Source: Hyphomicrobiales bacterium (GTDB taxonomy: Bacteria; Pseudomonadota; Alphaproteobacteria; Rhizobiales; Xanthobacteraceae). Taken from it: 56,315 bases of DNA. The position numbers were made by a program, and so were the translations under genes. Location: the NCBI GenBank assembly GCA_031389105.1, contig JANMSH010000413.1:1-56315 (forward strand). The letters run 5' to 3'. The notes below the pieces were generated by a model. It was not told where the DNA came from. It saw only the letters and a program-made list of their open reading frames with translations, and searched no databases. Positions within the stretch are counted from its first letter, which is position 1. Every line of letters begins with the position of its first letter. Shown piece by piece: positions 37,197 to 46,158 of the stretch.

Positions 37197-38249
37197 ATGG
37201 GGCCTTTTCGCTTGAATTCTCAGCAAAAAGCAGGAAATACCCCGGAATCCGGGCAATCTGGACAGCCGATCGCGCTGGTAACCGGCGGCGCCGGGTTCAT
37301 TGGCAGCCATATGGTAGACCTGCTCCGCAATCGGGGATTTAAGGTCCGCGTCATCGACAATCTGGTCGGCGGTCGCGAATCGAATCTGGCCCATCATGCC
37401 GATAGCGGCCTGGTCGAACTCGACACCCGCGACATTCGCAAGATCGAGCCTGAGGACGCGCTGTTTTCGGGGATCTCGTACGTCTTCCACTTCGCCGGCA
37501 TCGGCGACATCGTGCCCTCGATCGACAAGCCGACCGAGTACATGGACGTCAACGTCATGGGCACGGTGCGCATCCTCGAAGGTGCGCGGCAAGCCAAGGC
37601 GAAAAAGTTCGTCTATGCGGCATCGTCAACCTGCTACGGCCTCGCCGACGTGCCGACCCGCGAAGACCATTCGATCGATCCAAAATATCCTTACGCCCTG
37701 AGCAAATATCAGGGCGAGCGCGCGGCGATGCACTGGAATCAGGTCTACGGCCTGCCGGTCAATTCGGTGCGCATCTTCAATGCGTACGGCACGCGCTCCC
37801 GCACGACCGGCGCCTACGGCGCGGTGTTCGGTGTGTTCCTCCGCCAGAAGCTGGCGGGCACGCCGTTCACCGTTGTCGGCGACGGTAATCAAAAGCGCGA
37901 CTTCCTCTACGCCACCGACGTCGCCCGCGGCTTCATGGCGGCGGCCGAAACGTCGCACGTCGCGCAGTGCTACAATCTCGGCGCCGGCAATCCGCAATCC
38001 GTCAACTATCTCGTCGAACTGCTCGGCGGCGAGAAGACTCACATTCCGAAACGCCCCGGCGAACCCGATTGCACCTGGGCGGACATCACTAAAATCACCA
38101 CCGAGCTTGGCTGGCGTCCCGAGATCAGTTTCGAAGAAGGCGTCGCCAAAATCGTCGCGCAGATCGACCACTGGCGCGACGCGCCGCTGTGGACGCCCGA
38201 GTCGATCCAGCAGGCGACCTCGAGCTGGTTCCGTTATCTCGGCAAGTGA
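37197..38249 (+). CDS. NAD-dependent epimerase/dehydratase (extended SDR)
   Basis: 'TGGAGFIGSH', 'AASSTCYG', 'YALSK', 'RIFNAYG', 'RPGE'. The exact start is uncertain (37197 or 37212). Confidence 0.88.
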   Translation: MGPFRLNSQQKAGNTPESGQSGQPIALVTGGAGFIGSHMVDLLRNRGFKVRVIDNLVGGRESNLAHHADSGLVELDTRDIRKIEPEDALFSGISYVFHFAGIGDIVPSIDKPTEYMDVNVMGTVRILEGARQAKAKKFVYAASSTCYGLADVPTREDHSIDPKYPYALSKYQGERAAMHWNQVYGLPVNSVRIFNAYGTRSRTTGAYGAVFGVFLRQKLAGTPFTVVGDGNQKRDFLYATDVARGFMAAAETSHVAQCYNLGAGNPQSVNYLVELLGGEKTHIPKRPGEPDCTWADITKITTELGWRPEISFEEGVAKIVAQIDHWRDAPLWTPESIQQATSSWFRYLGK

Positions 38250-38258
38250 TTTAAAAAA

Positions 38259-39860
38259 ATGACCGCGCCTCCGTCCCAGCCGCACGAAAAACAAAACCCT
38301 GCTCACCTGGGTGGCGGCAAAGGCGCGCCGCGCAACGCGCGTGACAAGATCAAGTCGCCGGCGGACCTGGCAAAACTGTTAGCCGACACCCGCAAGACTG
38401 CGGGTAAGGTTGTAATGGCGCACGGCGTCTTCGACTTGCTGCACATGGGTCATGTGCGCCATCTCGAAGAAGCGCAAAGTTTCGGAACGATCCTCGTCGT
38501 GTCGGTGACCGCCGATCGTTTCGTCAACAAGGGACCGGGCCGGCCCGTTTTCAGTCAGATATTGCGCGCCGAAATGCTGGCGGCGTTGGCCTGCGTTGAT
38601 TGGGTGATCGTCAGCGAATCGCCCACCGCCGAGCCTGTGATCGATATCATCAAGCCGGATGTCTACGTCAAAGGCATCGAGTATTCCGACGAACGCGCCG
38701 ACGTCACCGGCAAGATCGTTTCCGAACGCGAGTCGGTCGAGCGCAACGGCGGCAAAGTCATTTTTACGCATGACATCACGTTCAGCTCGAGCGAGTTGAT
38801 CAATCGCTATGTCATGCAATACGAGCCGCAAGTGCGCGCGTTTCTCGACAGCGTGCGCGAGAACAACGAGAAGGACACGATCCTCAACCTGCTCGACAGT
38901 GCGAGCACGTTGCGCGTTCTTGTCATCGGCGACACCATTATCGACGACTACAACTACGTCATCCCGATGGGGAAGGCGCCGAAGGAAAACCTCGTCGCCA
39001 CGCTGCACCAGTCGCGCGAAGTCTTTGCCGGCGGCGCCATCGCAACGGCCAATCATTTGGCCAATATTTGCGATAACGTCGAACTCATCACCTTTTTTGG
39101 CAACGAGCCCGAGCACGCCCGGCTCGTCCGCGCCAGCCTCAATCCAAGCATTAAATTGACGGCGATCGAGCGCGAAGACACGCCGTTCACAGTGAAGACG
39201 CGCTTCATCGAACCTACCTACATGCGAAAATTGTTCGAAGTCTATCACATGGATGACAGACCTCCACCCGCGGAGGTCCAAGAAAAACTCAACGCGCTGA
39301 TCCTCAGACGCGCGCCCGACTTCGACCTCGTCGTGGTCAACGATTTCGGACACGGCATGATCATGCCGTCGACGGTGAAAACGCTTACCGAGTCTGCCAA
39401 ATTTCTCGCCGTCAACGTACAAACCAATGGCGGCAATTTCGGCTTCCATTTGATCACGCGCTATCCGCGCGCAGACTTTGTCTGCATCGACCAATTAGAA
39501 GCTCGTCTTTCCGTCCGCGATCGATACAGCTCCGTCGATACAGTCGTGGAAGAAATGCTGGCGTCAGCGATCGACTGTCCCAAGATCATCGTAACCCAGG
39601 GCCAGCGCGGCTGCGTCGGATATTCGCGTGGCGAACCGACCAGTTGGGTGCCGGCGTTTGCCGACAAGGTCGTCGATACCGTTGGCGCGGGAGACGCATT
39701 TTTTGCGATCACGTCGCCACTGGTGGCCGCCGGCGGCGCCATCCGCCACGTCGCTTTCCTCGGCTGCATCGCCGGCGCGATCAAGGTTGGCATAGTCGGC
39801 CATCGTCAGGCCGTCGACAAAGTGACGCTTAAAAAGGCCGTTATTGCATTGCTGAAGTAG
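38259..39860 (+). CDS. Bifunctional nucleotidyltransferase / PfkB sugar kinase (HldE/RfaE-like, reversed domain order)
   Basis: N-terminal 'HGVFDLLHMGH', 'KGPGRP', 'YVKG', 'FSSS'. C-terminal ribokinase motifs 'GGA', 'DFGHG', 'DTVGAGDAF'. Confidence 0.88.
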   Translation: MTAPPSQPHEKQNPAHLGGGKGAPRNARDKIKSPADLAKLLADTRKTAGKVVMAHGVFDLLHMGHVRHLEEAQSFGTILVVSVTADRFVNKGPGRPVFSQILRAEMLAALACVDWVIVSESPTAEPVIDIIKPDVYVKGIEYSDERADVTGKIVSERESVERNGGKVIFTHDITFSSSELINRYVMQYEPQVRAFLDSVRENNEKDTILNLLDSASTLRVLVIGDTIIDDYNYVIPMGKAPKENLVATLHQSREVFAGGAIATANHLANICDNVELITFFGNEPEHARLVRASLNPSIKLTAIEREDTPFTVKTRFIEPTYMRKLFEVYHMDDRPPPAEVQEKLNALILRRAPDFDLVVVNDFGHGMIMPSTVKTLTESAKFLAVNVQTNGGNFGFHLITRYPRADFVCIDQLEARLSVRDRYSSVDTVVEEMLASAIDCPKIIVTQGQRGCVGYSRGEPTSWVPAFADKVVDTVGAGDAFFAITSPLVAAGGAIRHVAFLGCIAGAIKVGIVGHRQAVDKVTLKKAVIALLK

Positions 39861-39928
39861 CAAATTCCGCTGATGCGGCGCTAGCTCAAGATAGACTCGA
39901 CAGCCCAGTCACACGATCAAGATCGCCC

Positions 39929-40207
39929 ATGGTCACGAACGATATCGCCAGTCTGTCTTGGCTAACATGGATGGGTCTGTTGGCGGCCTTTTGCTCGACT
40001 GCGGCCTTCGTGCCACAAGTTGTTAAGACATGGCGGACACGATCGACAAAAGACATTTCCCTCGTAATGTTCACGATCCTCGTCATTGGAATTATCCTTT
40101 GGCTTGCATATGGCATTATTATCCAAGATGTTCCGCTCATTGTAGCCAATAGCGTAACGCTGCTACTTGCTGGGAGCATCCTGTTCTTCAAAATAAAGCA
40201 TGGGTAG
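39929..40207 (+). CDS. SemiSWEET family sugar transporter
   Basis: 92 aa with 3 TM segments. PQ motif 'FVPQVVKTWRTRSTKDIS', 'WLAYG', 'PLIVAN'. Confidence 0.9.
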   Translation: MVTNDIASLSWLTWMGLLAAFCSTAAFVPQVVKTWRTRSTKDISLVMFTILVIGIILWLAYGIIIQDVPLIVANSVTLLLAGSILFFKIKHG

Positions 40208-40282
40208 CCTACTGATACACATGTTGAGCTTTGCTCGACATTGTGCAAATACAATGTGCCTCAAAGAAACTGAGTAGTACAT

Positions 40283-41116
40283 TTGACGATCGACACGGCC
40301 CACATTGATTCTGAATTGCAGCCGCTGGTCATGAGCGGCGGACAGGACTTTGTCGCCGGCCTGCATCGTTGGCGTGTATTCGCGCGGCTGGGTTGGTTTG
40401 AAGTCAAGCGCCGTTACCGGAGAACGATTATCGGTCCTTTATGGGGGACCCTCAATCTTGCCGTCTTCATCCTGGCGCTCGGAACGGTCGGCGGCGGTCT
40501 TCTGAATAAGACTTTTTCGGATTATCTGCCGTTTCTCGCAACCGGCATGATCATGTGGGTTTTTATTTCCACAATCGTTGCTGAATCTTGCTCGCTTTTC
40601 ATGTCCAACCACAACTTATTTCGACAGATGCAGTTCAGCTATTCGACGCTTGCCTATGCGCTGGTCTGGCGGAATGTCATCGTCCTGCTGCATAACCTCG
40701 CTGCCTATTTTGTCATAATGGGCTTATTCGTACCCGGACTCGTGACGCCTTGGACGCTGTTAGCGATTCCTGGTTTGGCGCTTGCCGCGTTGAACGGGGT
40801 TTGGATTGCTTTGTTGTTTGGCATGGCCTGCCTCCGCTTCCGCGACCTGCAGCAGTTGGTAACCACCTTTCTTCAGATCGGAATGTTTATTACACCAGTT
40901 TTTTGGACTCCCGATAGTTTGGGAGGCATTCGCCACATCGTTTTTGTGCAGTTAAACCCACTCTACAGTTTGATGGAAGTGGTTCGCGCGCCCCTTCTTG
41001 GCATGCCCGCGAGCGCACAAGTCTACATCACAGCGATCATCATTACGATTGTGGGAAGCTCCCTCACTTTTGTTTTGTTTGGATATTTCCGCAAACGTAT
41101 CGCCTACTGGGCATGA
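40283..41116 (+). CDS. wzm: Polysaccharide ABC transporter permease
   Basis: 'RYRRTIIGPLW', 'RFRDLQQL', 'FITPVFW', 'LNPL...VRAPLLG'. Confidence 0.9.
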   Translation: MTIDTAHIDSELQPLVMSGGQDFVAGLHRWRVFARLGWFEVKRRYRRTIIGPLWGTLNLAVFILALGTVGGGLLNKTFSDYLPFLATGMIMWVFISTIVAESCSLFMSNHNLFRQMQFSYSTLAYALVWRNVIVLLHNLAAYFVIMGLFVPGLVTPWTLLAIPGLALAALNGVWIALLFGMACLRFRDLQQLVTTFLQIGMFITPVFWTPDSLGGIRHIVFVQLNPLYSLMEVVRAPLLGMPASAQVYITAIIITIVGSSLTFVLFGYFRKRIAYWA

Positions 41117-41123
41117 GGGCGTC

Positions 41124-41876
41124 GTGACCGCACTAGTCCTTGATCACGTCAACGTCGATTTTCCAATTTACGGCACCCAGCGCAGTCTGCGTAAGATGCT
41201 CCTTCAAGGAGCGACCGGAGGCCTGGTCGGTCGTGACAAAACGCGGTCGAACCGCGTCACGATCCGCGCGCTTGTCGACGTGTCGCTCGATTTGCAAGAT
41301 GGCGATCGCCTCGGGCTTGTCGGTCACAACGGCGCCGGCAAATCGACCATCCTGAAAGTTATGGCCGGCGTTTACGAGCCCTCGAGCGGGCGCGTCCTCA
41401 CGCGAGGTCGCATTACTCCACTTTTTGAAACAATGCCCGGGCTGGATCTCGAGGATACCGGTTACGAGAATACGATTACTGCTGGCATGCTGTTTGGAAT
41501 GACCCGGCAGGAAATCGAGGCCAAGGTTCCTGAAATCGAAGAATTTAGTGAATTGGGGGAATACTTTAATTTTCCGGTGCGGTCTTACTCGACCGGAATG
41601 ACCACGCGTTTGGGATTTGCAGTGGCCACGGCGATTGACCCGGGCATTTTATTGATGGACGAGGGCATTGGCGCCGGTGACGCTCGTTTTGCGGAACGGG
41701 CGGCAAGACGAATGGAAAAATTCATCGGCCGAAGCCGAATTCTCGTTCTTGCCAGCCATTCCGAAGCGCTTATTCGGTCAACATGCAACAAAGCAGCTTT
41801 AATGAAGGCAGGGAAAATCCTCGCGGTTGGCGAAATAGACGACATCTTCAAAGAATATCACGAAATCATTAAGTGA
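41124..41876 (+). CDS. wzt: Polysaccharide ABC transporter ATP-binding subunit (no C-terminal carbohydrate-binding domain)
   Basis: Walker A 'GHNGAGKST', signature 'YSTGMTTRL', Walker B 'LLMDE', 'GDARF'. GTG start at 41124. Confidence 0.92.
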   Translation: MTALVLDHVNVDFPIYGTQRSLRKMLLQGATGGLVGRDKTRSNRVTIRALVDVSLDLQDGDRLGLVGHNGAGKSTILKVMAGVYEPSSGRVLTRGRITPLFETMPGLDLEDTGYENTITAGMLFGMTRQEIEAKVPEIEEFSELGEYFNFPVRSYSTGMTTRLGFAVATAIDPGILLMDEGIGAGDARFAERAARRMEKFIGRSRILVLASHSEALIRSTCNKAALMKAGKILAVGEIDDIFKEYHEIIK

Positions 41877-41921
41877 CGTTGTGAGAAAAGAAGGCGTTCG
41901 TTTATTTCCGTTGCACCAAAA

Positions 41922-42638
41922 ATGAACGAAACGACGATTATTCCCATTGAGCGGTTAGAGTTCTTTATCACCGATTGGCAGTGGTCTTTTGCGCGCGACC
42001 GTAGCGCAGATATTGCGTCTCATTTCGATGCTCTTCGGCAAAAGACCCCAGCGCTCTGGAATGGACGTATTTTTTTGCTTCGGGACTATCGGGTTTCGGA
42101 TGGCGTAATGCGTGGCACTTATTTCGAAGCCGATTTTGCAGCGCTTCTTGCGTGGCGCGATTGGGGCTTCCAAGATCAATCGATCTACACGTGCTTCGCG
42201 ATGGCGGCGATTGAATCCGCATGTGGCGGCTTTTTGCTCGGTGTGATGGGCAATCATACGGCAAATCCGGGCAAAACATATTTCCCGACCGGTACGCCGG
42301 ATAGTGACGACCTCGACGGCCGTCGCGTTGACATGGACAAGAGCGTCCGACGTGAGCTCGCGGAGGAAACAGGGCTTGAACTCACCGAATTTCAGGCTGA
42401 GCCCGGATGGCACGCCGTCTTTGCCGGCCGGCACATCGCGCTGATCAAGAGGATGCGGACATTGGACAGTGCTGAAAACATCCGTGCTCGCATTCTCGAA
42501 TTTTTAGCGCGCGACCAACAACCGGAGTTCTCAGATATTCGCGTCCTGTACCGGCGGGATGATATTACTCCCGCGGTTCCGGTCTATGTGCGGGCCTATC
42601 TTGAGCACATATGGTGTTATCCGCCGCCTAGGCGATAA
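41922..42638 (+). CDS. NUDIX hydrolase
   Basis: Nudix box 'GTPD...VRRELAEETGL', plus 'LWNG'. Confidence 0.82.
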   Translation: MNETTIIPIERLEFFITDWQWSFARDRSADIASHFDALRQKTPALWNGRIFLLRDYRVSDGVMRGTYFEADFAALLAWRDWGFQDQSIYTCFAMAAIESACGGFLLGVMGNHTANPGKTYFPTGTPDSDDLDGRRVDMDKSVRRELAEETGLELTEFQAEPGWHAVFAGRHIALIKRMRTLDSAENIRARILEFLARDQQPEFSDIRVLYRRDDITPAVPVYVRAYLEHIWCYPPPRR

Positions 42639-44157
42639 AATTTTCATAGCGGCGAAGGAAACCGGTGGCAAGCCGTCCCATACCGGCGACGCCATGTGAT
42701 TTATAGATCACATCGGCGCGGTTGCGTAACTCAGATACCTCAGCGTTGTTGTTTGCATTCTCCAATCGCACCAACATTTCTTCGACCGCGGCCCGGATGA
42801 TTTGCGGATCGTTGTCCTCAACGCCAACGCCCTCATGCTCGGCAAGATATCGAAGCGAATGGCAGTAGGAATACGGCTCGCTGAGCGTCGCGCCTAAGGT
42901 CAGGTATTGCCCGTCGGCCAGCTTTCGCAACATCTTCGGGATGAAGAGGTCAGATGCGTGCCAGGGCCGCTGCGCGGGCGGCCACCAGTTTGTGAGCAGC
43001 ATGGGTACACCGTAGACGCCGGGAATTACGGCCGGTCCCGACGATGTTCCGAGCATGAAGCGGCATTGGGTGGCAACGAAGATGTCCATCCAATCAGCCC
43101 GCATATTGCTGTGGCAGTAGTCGATGACGTTCGGAAGAGGAGCTAGCGGCGTCATTCCAGGATCGCCCATGCGAATGACCCAGCCGCCTCGGCGGGTGAT
43201 CTCGGCAATCGCCGGCATATAGGTATGAATGTCGGCATTGAGCACGCTGTGTGCGCCGGCGCTGCGCTCGTCCCACTTAGCCTCGCGCACGTGCAACGCT
43301 ACGAACCATGTGCCTTGCGGGACACCCGCGCCGTGTAGAGCGGCCCATCCACGTGCTACCGTTTCCGTGGGCAGCTTCAACAAAGGCCCTTGGCCCTGCT
43401 GATGCCAACGCTCGTATGTCTTGCCGGCAAGGTCCCAGAAATAAGCTGTGGCCCCGTCCGGCAAGCACGGCGCCAGATAGTCGAAATGCAAAGCCTGTAC
43501 GGCCGTAGCGTCGAACGGTAAATCTGCGGCCTGCTCGACCACGCGCAGTTGCCCGGCGAGTTGCTGCAACAGAAAACGGTTCGCGACTTTGCTGCCGGGC
43601 GGCAGGTAGAGAATGGTGTCGTTCCGTTCGCGGCCTTCCAGCGCACCGAGCCTGACCACGTAATCCAGCGTCGCGGTGTGTCCAATGTGGCGCGCCCACA
43701 CATTATCCAGCACGCGGAACGGAAGATTGGCCAGCCCCCGCCTCTCCGTCTCTGCTGCGCCGAGTGCGTTCGCACGCTCGAGCAGCGCCATCGCCTCGCG
43801 AAAACGGCCGAGCCCGTGGTAGAGGCACATCGTCCCCATCAAGTATTCATCGGTTGTCACATCCCCCGCGCGTATGGAACGGTCCATACATTGCCATGCC
43901 GGCACCGGATTATCGTTCTGAAACAGGTCGGAAGCGATGCCGTTGCAGAATGCCTTGCCGCTTGGGGTCGCAATCCAACTGTCCGGCAATACGGAGAGAG
44001 CAGGCCGCACGAGGCGCGGATGGCGCACAAGGAGCCACGCCAAATAAGCCCGTAAGTAATTGAAGGGCACGTCATAGAGCCGCGTTGGGCGCTGAACAGT
44101 CTTGGAGACTTGTTCGCGTATGACGGCAGCTATGCGGCTTATGGCGGATCTCGGCAT
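42628..44157 (-). CDS. TIGR04372-family putative glycosyltransferase (copy 3)
   Basis: 'RHIGHTATLD', 'WFVALHVRE', 'GGWVIRMGDP', 'FMLGTSSGP', 'TNWWPPAQRPWH'. Confidence 0.8.
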   Translation of the reverse strand: MPRSAISRIAAVIREQVSKTVQRPTRLYDVPFNYLRAYLAWLLVRHPRLVRPALSVLPDSWIATPSGKAFCNGIASDLFQNDNPVPAWQCMDRSIRAGDVTTDEYLMGTMCLYHGLGRFREAMALLERANALGAAETERRGLANLPFRVLDNVWARHIGHTATLDYVVRLGALEGRERNDTILYLPPGSKVANRFLLQQLAGQLRVVEQAADLPFDATAVQALHFDYLAPCLPDGATAYFWDLAGKTYERWHQQGQGPLLKLPTETVARGWAALHGAGVPQGTWFVALHVREAKWDERSAGAHSVLNADIHTYMPAIAEITRRGGWVIRMGDPGMTPLAPLPNVIDYCHSNMRADWMDIFVATQCRFMLGTSSGPAVIPGVYGVPMLLTNWWPPAQRPWHASDLFIPKMLRKLADGQYLTLGATLSEPYSYCHSLRYLAEHEGVGVEDNDPQIIRAAVEEMLVRLENANNNAEVSELRNRADVIYKSHGVAGMGRLATGFLRRYENFIA

Positions 44158-44168
44158 GAGTCTTTGTC

Positions 44169-45236
44169 CTAGGAGCCGGTCCGGAAGTCAAAGCCGATCG
44201 AAGAGAACACATCGTCCCAGAGGTTGAGAAGCTTATCGGTTCGCAGGTGTTCGGTGACAAAGGCATGTCCGCGCTCGCCCGCCTCACGCCGCGCCATTTC
44301 GTCGGTCATCAACCGATCGAACGCCGCGAGCCAGTCCGCGTCACTGTCACAGGCGAGATATTCGAGCCCCGCCGCCTCCTGCATCCGGCGATAAGACGGC
44401 GTGGCCGAGGTTACAACCGGCATGCCCATTCGCCACAGTAACGCCAGCTTGTTGCCGGGCTTGCCCCGCGTCAGCGGATCGCCCGTGAAAATCGGAATGA
44501 CCGCGGCGTCGCTCTGCGTGACGATCGTGGCGAGCGTAGTCTCGTCCCAGCGATGCAAGATCACATTGTCGAAAATCTTGCCGACGACTTCGGTGCTATT
44601 GATCCTCGGTAGAAACGGCAAGGCACCGGGGCGGTCCATGTCCGTGACGACGTGAAGCGTGATGGGCTTCCGCTGCGACACCTCGCGCAACAGCGAGCCG
44701 ATGGCGCCCAGCTGCGAAATATTGGACGGAAGCCCCTCCCACACCAGATTGAACGAGCGGGACGCGGCGTAGTCCTGCTTCCGGGTTCGCGCGACGTTGT
44801 CGTGAATATCGAGGATGATATGGACGTTCCGGCAAAACGCGCTGATGTCGCGCTTCTGCTCGTCGGTCGTACAGACGACCGCGTCCGCACGCCGGCACAT
44901 CGTCTGCAACGCCCCTTTGAAATCGACACACAAGCGGCTGTGGCGGCCGTTCGCGTACCAGACCAGGCCGCGGAACAATTGTTTGACGTCGGTGCGCGGG
45001 ATCGCCAGATACGAATCGATGAAGTCAAAAACGATCTTGCCGTCCTGATAGTTCGCCCAGACGCCGATATCAGATGTTTCGTTGAGAACGACAACGTCGT
45101 AGCACTTGCTCGGCTGCGCGACTTCATACTGCAGATTTCGCGCTTTGGCGTAGCTGACGAAGCGGCGGATATCAGCGGGATGTTGCGCATCGCTGGCGCC
45201 GTAGGGAACATAGCCGATGCGCGGACGCGCGGTCAT
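44169..45236 (-). CDS. GT-B fold (GT4-like) glycosyltransferase
   Basis: 'VFDFIDSY', 'RRADAVVC', 'LVWEG', 'KPGNKLALLWRMGMPVVTS'. The ATG overlaps the upstream stop (alternative start 45248). Confidence 0.72.
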   Translation of the reverse strand: MTARPRIGYVPYGASDAQHPADIRRFVSYAKARNLQYEVAQPSKCYDVVVLNETSDIGVWANYQDGKIVFDFIDSYLAIPRTDVKQLFRGLVWYANGRHSRLCVDFKGALQTMCRRADAVVCTTDEQKRDISAFCRNVHIILDIHDNVARTRKQDYAASRSFNLVWEGLPSNISQLGAIGSLLREVSQRKPITLHVVTDMDRPGALPFLPRINSTEVVGKIFDNVILHRWDETTLATIVTQSDAAVIPIFTGDPLTRGKPGNKLALLWRMGMPVVTSATPSYRRMQEAAGLEYLACDSDADWLAAFDRLMTDEMARREAGERGHAFVTEHLRTDKLLNLWDDVFSSIGFDFRTGS

Positions 45237-46156
45237 GTGCGCTCCCACGGATCAACCCAGGCGATGTGCTCTAAATAGATGCGAAGCTCCTGGGCGCCTT
45301 CGGCGTAGTCGCAGGTGCGATTGTCCGCGACGAGCAGGTTGATTTGATCTGAAATCCAGAACGTTCCCGACGACTTCCATTGCTCAACGTCATAAACCTT
45401 ACCATTGCGATCGACCACAACGGGCTGCAAACCTTGCGATAAATATTGTCTCGTCAGCGATAGACGCCCACTCTCAAATTTGTACGCGTCCTTTTTATTT
45501 GTGAAGGACGGAAACCGAAGAGACAGGAACTGGCTTCTATCCACCATGAACGCATTGGTGCGGATATGCGGATTCGGATGCCGGCCATACTCGAAAACAA
45601 AATATATGTAGTGGAACAGAGCGAGTATGTAGCGCAGACGCGAGCGCCTTTGCATGGTCAACGGAAGCGACGCCGGTTTATCTTCGCCCAAGCCGGCGGC
45701 CTGCCGCATTTCGCTCGGCAAATTCCAAAACTTTAGGACCAATCTTTTGAGCGTGCGTTCGTAGCTGGCAGCGTTCGATTGCCAGGAGCCTGTAGCGCCA
45801 ACGACGCCGACGCCCGGCTCGTTCATGGCCAGATCGAAATGGCGCAACCAATTGTCGGCCTGGATCTGGCTGAAAGTGTTGAGAAAAATCAGCCGGCGGT
45901 TGGACACCGCGCGCGCGGCGGCCACATAGGAGCCGAGGTCAAAACCACTGTCATCGAGCTCGATAGCATTGATCGAGATACCATCGAACTGCGCGCGAGC
46001 GGTTTCAAGCTTGGCGCGATCCGGAAAGCCTTTGAAGACGACGTAGAAATCGTGCTCCACGCCGGCGGCGTGATCGCGATAGGTTTGGAGGAAGCGGCGA
46101 ACGGGCTCCTCGCCCTCCGCGAAGCGACAAAGATAAATGATGCCGATGTCCCGCAT
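45233..46156 (-). CDS. Hypothetical protein, probable GT-A-like glycosyltransferase
   Basis: 'GFDLGSY', 'LIFLNTFS', 'GVVGATGS', 'PHIRTNAF'. Coupled within the operon between a reductase and a GT. Confidence 0.55.
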   Translation of the reverse strand: MRDIGIIYLCRFAEGEEPVRRFLQTYRDHAAGVEHDFYVVFKGFPDRAKLETARAQFDGISINAIELDDSGFDLGSYVAAARAVSNRRLIFLNTFSQIQADNWLRHFDLAMNEPGVGVVGATGSWQSNAASYERTLKRLVLKFWNLPSEMRQAAGLGEDKPASLPLTMQRRSRLRYILALFHYIYFVFEYGRHPNPHIRTNAFMVDRSQFLSLRFPSFTNKKDAYKFESGRLSLTRQYLSQGLQPVVVDRNGKVYDVEQWKSSGTFWISDQINLLVADNRTCDYAEGAQELRIYLEHIAWVDPWERT

Positions 46157-46158
46157 CG

